Assembly: GCF_033153115.1 (NCBI RefSeq)
Contig: NW_026889803.1
Location: 68,634,001-68,698,000 of the forward strand
Direction of reading: 5' to 3'
Length of the DNA stretch: 64,000 nucleotides
From: Saccostrea echinata
Lineage: Eukaryota
The position numbers and the translations under genes are program-made. Positions 1 through 35,000 of the stretch are shown piece by piece (the first letter of the stretch is position 1; each line of letters opens with the position of its first letter). The notes beneath the pieces were generated by a model. That model had not been told where the DNA came from. It searched no databases and was given only the letters and a program-made list of their open reading frames with translations.

Positions 1-23385
<23,385 letters not shown>

Positions 23386-23700
23386 AGCTAGACAGACTAG
23401 ACTCACCCTCCAGGAGATCTGTACAGATGTGATAGAGAACAGTTTTTTTGTGATTTTACTCCATCATAAATCATCCTGACAAATTTATTTAACTAAACTG
23501 TCTAAAAAAATTGTGTACAAACTATAACTGTGTTACAGACTTCATTTTACTTTGTAAAGATGAACTGATTCATTGTTGTGTCGACATCACTTTCATTTTG
23601 ATTCTTATTTCTGTTATTGGACTCGATGCAGTATAAAAAAATAGCTTTATGTTGCACAGCAATGTACTTGTAAATACTGTGGATATTTCCTGCACAGGAA

Positions 23701-23706
23701 AATAAA
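23701..23706 (+). terminator. Candidate polyadenylation signal of PRPF8
   Basis: AATAAA about 315 nt after the stop codon. Confidence 0.5.
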
Positions 23707-24097
23707 TATGATTCGTTCGTAGTACTCTTAATCTGATAGTACTTGTATTTATTAATATGGATTATTACAGCATAGAATTTTTTTTCTTTTCACATTAAGT
23801 AGAGATGCTAATTTACATATTACTTCTATGTGACAAAACATTGTAAATATCATTTGATTCTTTTCATGAAGTATGGAGCACTGTGCTGACATCTGAAAAA
23901 TTGTCTGATTTTTGGGTGGTAAATAAATTTTTATTCTTTATGAGTATTATTATTGTAATTTTTTTTATACAAGATGAATATAGAAGTAACATCTGTTAAG
24001 AACAAAATGGAGATTATTACATACTAAGTAAATAAACAACACTGTGATGCAATGTAAGACATAAAAAGTACTACCGGTAGTTTATATTGTCTGATGT

Positions 24098-27000
24098 TTA
24101 ATAAGCAATAGTAAACACCATGAAAACAAGGCAGATAACTGTGGCTGTGCAGGCTCTGAAGGACTCTGTGTGACTGGGTGCGGAGGCAGTGTTCACGTTT
24201 GATCCCTTATCATCTGTATCAGATGGGAAGAGGTCTCCAATGCCACCGATGTCAGAGTCGGTAGATTTAGGAGTAGTGGTGGCAGGCAGGTAGGATGAAC
24301 AAGCAGTGTGGACTCTGTTAAACATGGATAGACTGTCCATTATCTTAGGTCCCCCAGTAACGTCACAGTACTTCACCACTGACAAAATACAGCTGTAGGC
24401 TGTCACTGAGGCCCTGAAAAATAAACATAGGCTGTCACTGAGGCCCTGAACAATAAACGTAGGCTGTCACTGAGGCCCTGAAAAATAAACATAGGCTGTC
24501 ACTGAGGCCTGAAAATAAATTACAGTTATAGGCTGTCGCCAAGCTCTAAATAAATAAACCTCTAGGCTGTCACTAAGGTCCAGAGAAATGAAATACAACT
24601 TTTAGGCAGTCACAGAGTCCTGAAAATAAAATACAGCTGTATGCTGTCACAGAGGTCCTAGAAATAAAATATTGGGTGTCGATGTCCTGAAAAATGAAAG
24701 GGTTGTGTTTTTATTTTATTGTATTCAGAAAATTAGCCCACCTATAAAGGTATGCTTTACATTAATGCATGCAATCATAATTCAGAACTCTTGGTGTGTA
24801 TATTCATTATATAACTGGGAATTTCAGATGTAACAACGCTAATAAGATACGTACATGCATGAAAATATAGAGCCCTGCTACAGAAAGACAGCTTCGACAG
24901 CAGCTTTTACAATAAGCTCACCTACAGTAGGCCTCCTTTAGATAAGCTCACCTACAGTACGCCTCCTTTAGATCCTCCTCTGATAGAGTGGAACTCTTCA
25001 GCTTCCCGAGGTTCTCCTCCACTTTGCTCTCACAGCCATACTTACTGACCTCTGACATGGCGGTTGAAATGCATTTGGTTGTAGACACTAGATTATTAAT
25101 AGAAGATGTATTATCAAATAGTAATTTAGTTGCTGAATGAAATTTGTTTCCTATTGTGACCTACAAAATCAAAAGGGAGAAACGGGGGGGGGGGGGGGGG
25201 GCATTTGAACCTGCTGCAGTTGACAAAATATTTAGAAAAAAGGCAAAGTGACACCCAACTCATGAGCTAATGACTAGGATAAATATCAATGAACATTTTA
25301 CAAATGGTCTCTCGGTTTGATAAACTTCATGCAATTGGTACTGGGCTGGTACTGAGAAATCTTAATGAATGAAAATCAAGCTTCCAGTAGATATTTCAAC
25401 CTACATCAAACTTGTTCTGCCCATAATAATGCTGCTCAACAGATAAGGTAGAAGATATATTAGGAGTTTTTAAGAGTGAGAGGTCTTAAATGTTGAATCC
25501 CTATAACAGTCCTCATTCTGTAGCAGTTTGAAAGTTTGGGGTAAGGTCTGATACTTTTAGGTCCTATAACAGTCCTCATTCTGTACCAGGGAGTTGTAGA
25601 TCTGAAATGTTGAGGCCCTATAACAGTCCTCATGCTAAACTATAAGGTATTTTTTTATGAGTGCGAGATCTGAAATGCTGGGCCCTATAATTAACAGCCT
25701 CCATCCTGTACCTTGCTGGGCTACACATGGCTTTGGGTACACCACGTTGTTGAAGTTGACTACATGACTTGCAGGCCCTGTACTAAGGTTGGCTGACAAG
25801 CAACTCCCATATTGTCCACTGTACCTATAAATGGGTGATAAAATGAGAATACATGCTACATTTCTGGTTTCTATTCAAATACTTTAAGTTATAAAACAAC
25901 AAATTGTAAAAGAACGTATGAAGTCTACATCTAAAGAGTTTTTACTTGGGTATGTTTGTTGCACTTAGATACCATTGCAATGCTCACAGAGCTTTCACTT
26001 TCTTAAAAAAAATACCCCACTGAGATAATATTATCATTGAGATACCAGTTTCTTGCTAATTAACACAATATAGTGTCTCACAATTGAGATACAATGTTAC
26101 AATGATAATCAAGTTTCTGCCACTATTGAAATAAATCACATCGACTGAGATACATATGACTGAGATGATACTCTGTTACTTTAATAATTCTGGCTGAGAT
26201 ATCATGACTGAGATAACTCTAGCTAAAATACAATTGACTGAGATAACACTGAGATTACACTGGCTGAGATCATTGACTGAGATATAACCTTTAACTGGGA
26301 TACCGGTATTTTCTTACTGAGATATAACCTTTAACTGTGATACCGGTATTTTCTTACTGAGATATAACCTGTAACTGTGATACCGGTATTTTCTTACTGA
26401 GATACAACCTGTAACTGTGATACCGGTATTTTCTTACTGAGATATAACCTTTAACTATGATACCGGTATTTTCTTACTGAGATATAACCTTTAACTGGGA
26501 TACCGGTATTTTCTTACTGAGATACAACCTGTAACTGTGATACCGGTATTTTCTTACTGAGATATAACCTTTAACTGGGATACCGGTATTTTCTTACTGA
26601 GATATAACCTTTAACTGTGATACCGGTATTTTCTTACTGAGATATAACCTGTAACTGTGATACCGGTATTTTCTTACTGAGATACAACCTGTAACTGTGA
26701 TACCGGTATTTTCTCACTGAGATATAACCTTTAACTGGGATACCGGTATTTTCTTACTGAGATATAACCTGTAACTGTGATACCGGTATTTTCTTACTGA
26801 GATATAACCTGTAACTGTGATACCGGTATTTTCTTACTGAGATATAACCTTTAACTGTGATACCGGTATTTTCTTACTGAGATATAACCTTTAACTGTGA
26901 TACCGGTATTTTCTTACTGTGATATAACCTGTAACTGTGATACCGGTATTTTCTTACTGAGATATAACCTGTAACTGGGATACCGGTATTTTCTTACTGA

Positions 27001-30000
27001 GATATAACCTGTAACTGGGATACCGGTATTTTCTTACTGAGATATAACCTGTAACTGTGATACCGGTATTTTCTTACTGAGATACAACCTGTAACTGTGA
27101 TACCGGTATTTTCTTACTGAGATATAACCTTTAACTATGATACCGGTATTTTCTTACTGAGATATAACCTTTAACTGGGATACCGGTATTTTCTTACTGA
27201 GATATAACCTTTAACTGTGATACCGGTATTTTCTTACTGAGATATAACCTTTAACTGTGATACCGGTATTTTCTTACTGAGATATAACCTGTAACTGTGA
27301 TACCGGTATTTTCTTACTGAGATATAACCTTTAACTGTGATACCGGTATTTTCTTACTGAGATATAACCTGTAACTGTGATACCGGTATTTTCTTACTGA
27401 GATACAACCTGTAACTGTGATACCGGTATTTTCTTACTGAGATATAACCTGTAACTGTGATACCGGTATTTTCTTACTGAGATATAACCTTTAACTGTGA
27501 TACCGGTATTTTCTTACTGAGATATAACCTGTAACTGTGATACCGGTATTACACTATTTTCCAGTGATGCATTTTTAATGAGATATTAGTATTTTACTGA
27601 GATACATCACTGAGTTATGACTTTATACTGAGGGTTTTACCAACAGTTGTTGATACTAGAAGCCTCGCTGATGTCCTTTAGGAGTTCTGTAACAGCCTCT
27701 GTCAGCTTACTGGACATGCAATTCCACACCGTCTTTCCGACTTGGGTCAAAACGCCACTGTTTGAATCAGTCTCTCTTCTGTGCCAGAAAACATGCAATA
27801 TAAATGTTACATACTTGATGAAAAGCAAGAGAGTCAAAGTGAATCGTGATGAAATTCCTGAAAAATGCTTGAGATTTGATTTTATTTTTCTATTAATGAT
27901 TAACTAAAATGATGGACTTTGTAGAAGTAAAATGGGCAAATACACATTACTGTGTGAATCCAGAGACATTTTTTTGCAAGTATTTATTTTCAATTACTTG
28001 ACTGCTGATTTTATAAACTTGAGGATTAGGCTACCTTAAAAATAGTTTTAAAAATCCTGCATTGAAATTAAATTGACAGGAAAAGAAGCAGTTCGCAAGA
28101 AATCATGGTAATTAATGGGAATTTCAAATGCTATGAAAAATCAAAAGGGGCCGGTTTGTGTGTGTACATCTTTTGTTTCGGTTCTGTGTCTTTTGTTTGT
28201 TTTGCTCTTTTGTATATTTATTAATAAAGCAATAATTTTTTTTTTTAGGGAGAATAAGGTCTCGTTCTTTCTTTCGTATCAATACTTACTTAAACAATGA
28301 ACTTGAAGAAATTTCCCCTAGGCAGACGCACACTGAAAAATAAAATGTTAACACAAAAATAAATTATTTATAAAAATTTCACATTCTATCTTAGCCAGTA
28401 AAAGTCTTAATTCTTTATCTGCTTGTTGCACATGCTGAAATTGGAATTATGGAGGCGTCTAATTTTAGCTATACGAGTACTGGTCAGAGACCAAAAGAAC
28501 TTATGCAATAGTAAGGTCTCCATCCGTCTGTTTTTCTGGCTGTAAATAAATTTTCAAAACCCCATTAATTCCTCTTACGGCCAATATAACTTGGGGAACA
28601 GGTAGACTAAAACTAGGGTACATAACTCTGTATATCAATTTTTTATTTCGATCAACGGTCAGAACCACTGGTCCAATATCAGTCAAACATCACATAAAGT
28701 CTTTTGGTGAAGGGCATTCAAGTTAATTTAAATAAAGGGCAACGTCCTAAGTGTTTATTTTTTTTGTTCAAGAATCACTTGGCCAGAAATTATGAAAAGC
28801 TTGTGTGTCAACTTTCTGATATCTAAAATTCAAGCTTGTTAGGGGTCAAGATGAGGGATCAACGTTTTATAGATGTGAACATACAGGAAAAAATCTTTAG
28901 AAATCTTCTCAAGAACAACAATACCATGGTTAGTCGTATTAATTAATATGTAAGCATCCTAAGATAGTGCATTTTCAATACTTTTTTAAATCAGACCCGG
29001 GGAAGGGTGGGGTCACAANNNNNNNNNNNNNNNNNNNNNNNNNNNNNNNNNNNNNNNNNNNNNNNNNNNNNNNNNNNNNNNNNNNNNNNNNNNNNNNNNN
29101 NNNNNNNNNNNNNNNNNNNNNNNNNNNNNNNNNNNNNNNNNNNNNNNNNNNNNNNNNNNNNNNNNNNNNNNNNNNNNNNNNNNNNNTTACGTAATCTAAT
29201 GTTTAAAAAAGTCATAAATACAGGATTTACTACAACCCAGTGAAATTATATGTAAACACACAGGCTTATGTTTTTGATTAATGAGGTTTTTTTTTTCATG
29301 ATTTCATGTCTCTTGCTTAAGAAAAATGTTGATCTTTGTTCCTGATTCTAGAATTTTAAGGATAAATAGCGCAAACGCAAACAAAAAATTGATACATGGA
29401 TTGATATGCATGTATATTTTTGAACAGAAATGACATATATAAATTCCTCTAATGTAAAGATTTCCTTTGACGTTCAAATATGCGACTTTGTTGCACTCTT
29501 TCTATAAATCTATATAAATTTTATCACGTAATTATAAAATCTGAAAATGTTTTCAAATTTGACAAACATTAATCAAGGTATGTACATAAATATATGAATA
29601 TAAATATAAATATATTGGATATACCGCTGATTTATGAAAAAAAAGAGGCACTGATCTAGGAATTTTTAGAAAAATATTTTTGACTAAAATTTAAAAAAAG
29701 AACAAACAAACAAACCAAACCAACACTACCCCCCTCCCGAGAAAAGAGAATCATAATAAATCCACCTAACCTGTGAGACCTATTTCGCACGCGCATGTGT
29801 GTGTGTTGGGGGGGGGGGGCTACGTCAATTTTCGTCGGGTAAAGGACTCTCCATCTTTCCTGGAGAAGAGGAGAGTTCCAACGTCCTTTTTTCGTTACTT
29901 TTACATAGAAATTTTTAACTCGGAAAATCACGAGGACGGGGAGGGGTTTCCGCACCCATTAAAGATCTATGCAACTTATCCTGACCTTAGAGGTCAATAC

Positions 30001-30464
30001 TGAGAAACTTTGAATAAAAATTTAAAATTCATAAATTTATTTGATTTATTCACTTACTTATTTTCTTTATTTACATACATTTAGTCGCTAGAAAAAAGTT
30101 TATAGTATCTGGGCTTAACATTTGTCTAGAATATCATTCAAGATTCTGACATTCATGTATAATTGTTCAGTGGGCCAAGCACCAGAATATTTAATTGAAC
30201 TATTGTCAAAACAAACTTCAAATCAAAATTGCGCTCTTCCCGAAATTCCGAAAGCTGTTACATAGTCCCATTTAATAAAAGAAAAACTTTCAGCGACAGG
30301 AGTTTTAGTACCATCGGACCAAAATTGTGGAATGAACTGCCTTTTTATATTAAACAATCAAAATCTATTAATGATTTCAAAAACAACTTAAAAAATTACT
30401 TCTTTAGGGACTTTGATGCTTTATTTTAATGATTATTCTCCATGTATATTTGTACATAATATGT

Positions 30465-30503
<39 letters not shown>

Positions 30504-30649
30504 GTTTTACTGTACAACGCCATTGAATACGTTTGTGTAAAAATAGACGTTTAATCAAATAAATCAGTTTCAGTTTCATTTGTCATCAGTAAAACAATTA
30601 AAGATAAAATCCTACCTGTTAGGAGGAGAATATTTTCTTTGGTCCCCAT
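24098..30649 (-). CDS. Uncharacterised about 259-aa secreted, Cys-rich, probably GPI-anchored or C-terminally anchored protein
   Basis: Phase-consistent exons 30616-30649, 28290-28332, 27641-27778, 25712-25824, 24952-25087, 24098-24413 give MGTKENILLLTVCVCLGEISSSSLFKRETD...NCMSSKLTEAV...CWYSGQYGSCL...KCISTAMSEVSKYGCE...AYCRASVTAYSCILSVVKYCD...TACSSYLPATTTPKST...TVICLVFMVFTIAY*. Signal-peptide-like N-terminus, KR site, S/T/D stalk, hydrophobic C-terminus. The acceptor at 25087 is the least certain boundary. Confidence 0.75.
24396..24695 (-). repeat. About 32-37-bp array (8-9 copies) of the acceptor plus start of the last exon of the unnamed gene
   Basis: Plus-strand unit taggctgtcactgaggcc|ctgaaaaataaaca; the real junction is 24413/24414 and copies diverge with distance from it. 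Confidence 0.9.
24912..24973 (-). repeat. 30-bp duplication of exon end plus donor (24952/24951)
   Basis: ataagctcac|ctacagta(g/c)gcctcctttag occurs twice. Confidence 0.9.
26276..27550. repeat. 40-bp minisatellite, about 32 highly homogeneous copies
   Basis: Unit actgagatataacct(t/g)taactg(t/g)gataccggtattttctt. Confidence 0.97.
28461..29018 (+). mobile_element. Helentron-associated (HINE-like) element with satellite-like core, truncated by the gap
   Basis: ttttagct start, ccgtctg motif, and core repeats agaaccactggtccaat...ggtgaagggcattcaag...aagggc resembling oyster HINE/Cg170-type monomers as recalled (not searched). Confidence 0.5.
29019..29186. other. Assembly gap (N run)
   Basis: 168 N. 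Confidence 1.
30128..30578 (+). mobile_element. 5'-truncated L2/CR1-group LINE remnant (ORF2 C-terminus plus 3' UTR and tail)
   Basis: RISFKILTFMYNCSVGQAPEYL...(frameshift)...LRSSR...IVP...RSFSTIGPKLWNELPFYIKQSKSINDFKNNLKNYFF is the typical ORF2 tail; it ends in aataaa(tcagtt)n. Confidence 0.8.
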
Positions 30650-32014
30650 TACTGTACAGATCCCTGTGCATCACAGCTGTGGTTCTATAACGAGGTCTCC
30701 TGTTAGCGGGAGACGCCCACTTGCCACGCCCCTTCTAGAATTAAATCTATATAATCTATATATATATTCAGAAACTGAGATTTCTTGGTTAAGAATTTAA
30801 ATCTCAGATATCAGCACCTCTGTGAAAGCTCTGTCAATCAGATCAAAGCTCACCCATCTTTTACCCCCCCCCCCCCCCCTTTCTGATCTGTGATTCTGAC
30901 CACATGCTTATTCAAACAGCCAATCTCATTGAAAATGTAATTGGGACCACAAAAATGATCCTCTTTCTGCTGTAAAGTCCAAACTGCCCCCCCCCCCCCA
31001 ATGGGTATCAAATATTGTTACAGAGCTTCAATAAGTCTACATACTTAGCCACCTCTGACACCTGAGAGAGATGATTTTCTGTTATTAAAGTCAGTAATTG
31101 AATATTGATAAAAATCATTGAGTAAAACTTCCTAGTTTACAGTAGTTTCTAATACGCAAGTTATTAACAAACAGTTTGGGCGTGAAACAGGATTATGCTA
31201 ATTCCACCATGTACAGAGCAGCTAACAAAACAATGATCAAAAGCCCAGGATATGTGCTTTCCTCATTTCTCCATCTTCAGTGAATGATGAAACCTGAATT
31301 TATTATACACAAATAAGGTCCAAGGTAGATTTTAATAATATACACTCATAGAATTCCCTGCATTTGAAAACAGATGGCTAATTTACCTTTGCTTTGACAG
31401 AAATAAAAATGTTTTCTAGCATTTACATCTGCCATGCTATTGATAAACAAGTTCTGCAGCAAAGACCAGAATGCATTTTCAAGTAACTTAAATGGCAAAA
31501 CTAAATATTTTTCAAATTCATTTTTTAAAAAATCAAAATAAATTTAAAAGATCACACTCCACAAACAGATGTCTGCAATGAGACTGTAGCTCTACAGGTT
31601 GTGGAATGTGACAACCTCTTCAATATTTGACAGGAGATTTAATCATTTGTAAAATGGTTTGCCTGCATTTAGGTTTACCATAACCATGTTATTAATTAAC
31701 AATTGTTCTACTACAAAGATTATACTGTCAGTTTCATTTACAAATTACTAAAAAATAAAAGTAAGCTCAAATATTTGTAATTTTTTAAATGTTTATTTCC
31801 AACAAAATAAAAATATAGTCTCATTCCACAAAAATGAAATGCAAAAACCATGTAAGAAGTATCTGAGATATCATTCAGAAGTATCTCTATGATGTCTCTC
31901 TACAACGTTTCATTCATGATTTATCTTCATTGTGTCACACAGTCTTTTCTGGAGCACAATACTCCTATAACAGCTGAGGGACTCCCCACCAGGAATGACC
32001 CAGACTAGGGAGGG

Positions 32015-35000
32015 TCACGTAAACAGTCTGATGGTTGTATCTGCCCCACAGGAGAAAACCCAGGGCTGGCTGGGGTGGAACACACAGTCTAAGACTCCCA
32101 GACCCTGGGAAATGGAGTGACCCTTTAGAATCTTCACAGGCACAATCAGAGGATTCTTCAACAAGTCACTGAAAAAAAAATAATCTTAGGCTCTGTAAAG
32201 GTTATTAGTTTGATTTCCCTTAATAGTTCAAATTTGTACTTACTATAACAGATTGAATGTTAATTTCTTTCCCTCATTTCTTAAAAAAATCATACAAGTA
32301 ACATTAACAATTGTTTAACTGAAAATTACTTTTCTGTTTCATACAATACATTATTAGAAACAATTAAGAGTAAATAATTTTTTCTTTTAGAATGTATGCA
32401 GTGATGAACCACAATACTTCAATGTTTATTTTATATACAGTAGTTTATACTATATTGTTTATGATTTAATTGAGTTGTTAAATCTCAGTGTCAATAACTC
32501 ACTTGTACACCATTCCATGACACACAATGACCGTTCCATCGTCAGAAGCCGAGGCAAACAGTGGGTATTTCCTGTGGAAGTTAACAGCTCGGATAGCCCG
32601 CTTATGGTGCCTGAAAAATATATTGTAAATGTAATGAAATTGTGTTCATTTTTCAAGAATCTTAGATGTAAATACTAAACACATAAAAAAAATGTCATCA
32701 CTAATTGCTCAATTCTGTGGTTTAAAGGATGTTAAAAAAAAAAGGAAAACTAACCTGAGTGTTTGGTAAGGTTTCATGGAAAGGTCAAGGTCAAACCATG
32801 AGAGACGACAATCATAACTTCCTACTATAACATTGTCTCCTAGCCAACAAAACAAAACAAAGTCAAAGTCAAATTATGAGAGATGAAAATGACAATATCC
32901 TACTATAACATTGACACCCAGGCAACAATAAAATATTCAAGGTCAAATCATGTATTTTTTTAATAATTTAAGCTTTACTATGCATCTTCAATAGCATTGG
33001 TTAATAGGGAGTGCAGCAAGCTCTAATGATAAAGTGTATGTGACAGTACAGCGAGCTCTAACGATAAAGTGTATGTGACAGTCCAGCGAGCTTTAACGAT
33101 AAAGTGTATGTGACAGTCCAGCGAGCTCTAACGATAAAGTGTATGTGACAGTCCAGCGAGCTTTAACGATAAAGTGTATGTGACAGTCCAGCGAGCTCTA
33201 ACGATAAAGTGTATGTGACAGTCCAGCGAGCTCTAACAATAAAGTGTATGTGACAGTACTGCAAGCTCTAATGATAAAGTGTATGTGACAGTACAGCGAG
33301 CTCTAATGATAAAGTGTATGTGACAGTACAGCGAGCTCTAACGATAAAGTGTATGTGACAGTACAGCGAGCTCTAATGATAAAGTGTATGTGACAAAGGA
33401 AATTAAAATCTACACATTGTTTTAAGAAATTTTTTGGAAAAAATCCTAAAACTCACATTACAAATTTTACCTCCTGAATGGTCAGTCATATGGACATTAT
33501 TTATCTTACGACCTGAGTAGTCAGTCATACTGGACATTACTTATCTTACCTCCTGAGTGGACAGTCATACTGGACATTACTTATCTTGGTCAGTCATACT
33601 GGACATTACTTATCTTACCTCCTGAGTGGACAGTCATACTGGACATTACTTATCTTACCTCCTGAGTGGACAGTCATACTGGACATTACTTATCTTACCT
33701 CCTGAGTGGACAGTCATACTGGACATTACTTATCTTACCTCCTGAGTGGACAGTCATACTGGACATTACTAATCTTACCTCCTGAGTGGACAGTCATACT
33801 GGACATTACTTATCTTACCTCCTGAGTGGACAGTCATACTGGACATTACTTATCTTACCTCCTGAGTGGACAGTCATACTGGACATTACTAATCTTACCT
33901 CCTGAGTGGACAGTCATACTGGACACCCATTTACAGTTGGTCATCAGTTTCTTTGATAACTCTTGTTTCAGTAAATTATACACTCTAACATAGCGCTGTG
34001 TCTACAAAATATATTTATACATAAAACTGAAATACATGTACTACTGAGTCTACAGAATATTTTTATACACTATGCCAGAGCACTGAGATTATAAAATGTA
34101 TTCAGATGCCCAGTTCACCTAATTCACCTATTACAATGTTCATGCTATACTTCTTTAAATGCTCTGGTTTTGTTCTTAAGTCACTGTGATATTCAGAGCT
34201 ACATGTTGGCATATTCTTTCAATATGTCAGTTGGAGTGTTTGATATATTATCTGTCTGTGTTTTACTTCACTACTTAAAGCTACAAACAGGAAATATTCT
34301 ATGTGTCTATCTTTTCATATGTCTGTCTATCTGTTTTTCTGTTTGTCTATCTGTCTGTCTGTGATACCATTACTTATTTTACTTACCGCAACAAACAGGA
34401 ATGGCCTGACAGGGTGGAAAAGGACACACTGAACCAGACCTTTAGATTTTGTAAATGGATTCTGAAAGAAAAACAATTCAGTGACAAATCTGGAAAGCTA
34501 ACATCATATTGTTTGAGGTCAGAATAGTAAAAAAAGGAAGATTTACATGATTTAAAAAGTGTAGTATATTTGAGATATCAATCTAAAAAGAGATATCAAG
34601 TTTATCTAAGCCTATCCATATAGAGATATTTACTTTATCTAATGTTGCCTATGTAGAGATATCTAGATTACCTGTGTCAGTCTATTCAGCAATATCTAGT
34701 TTACCAGTTATTGTATATAAAGAGATATCTAGTTTATCTGTTACTGTCTATATAAAGATATCTAGTTTACCTGTTACCTGTGTCAGTCTATATAGAGATA
34801 TTTAGTTTACCTGTTATTGTCTATATAGAGATATCTAGTTTACCTGTTTCTGTCTATAGAGAGATATCTAGTTTACCTGTTACTGTCTATATAGAGATAT
34901 CTAGTTTAATTGTTATAGTCGATATAGAGATATCTAGTTTACCTGTTACTGTCTATATTGAGATATCTAGTTTACCTGTGTCAGTCTATACAGAGATATC

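Noticed and set aside
23701-23753. Overlapping 3' ends of PRPF8 and the convergent gene
   Set aside because: Opposed AATAAA signals are about 50 bp apart, but other candidates exist (23929) and cleavage sites cannot be fixed without RNA data.
25088-25160. Longer version of exon 5 of the unnamed gene (acceptor at 25161)
   Set aside because: The frame is open but phase-incompatible with the upstream donor at 25711; the acceptor at 25088 fits.
26276-27550. CRISPR-like regular repeats (also 1438-1861 and 33016-33395)
   Set aside because: There are no unique spacers and no cas genes; these are head-to-tail units in eukaryotic introns.
28967-29243. ORFs spanning X runs
   Set aside because: They are artefacts of the N gap.
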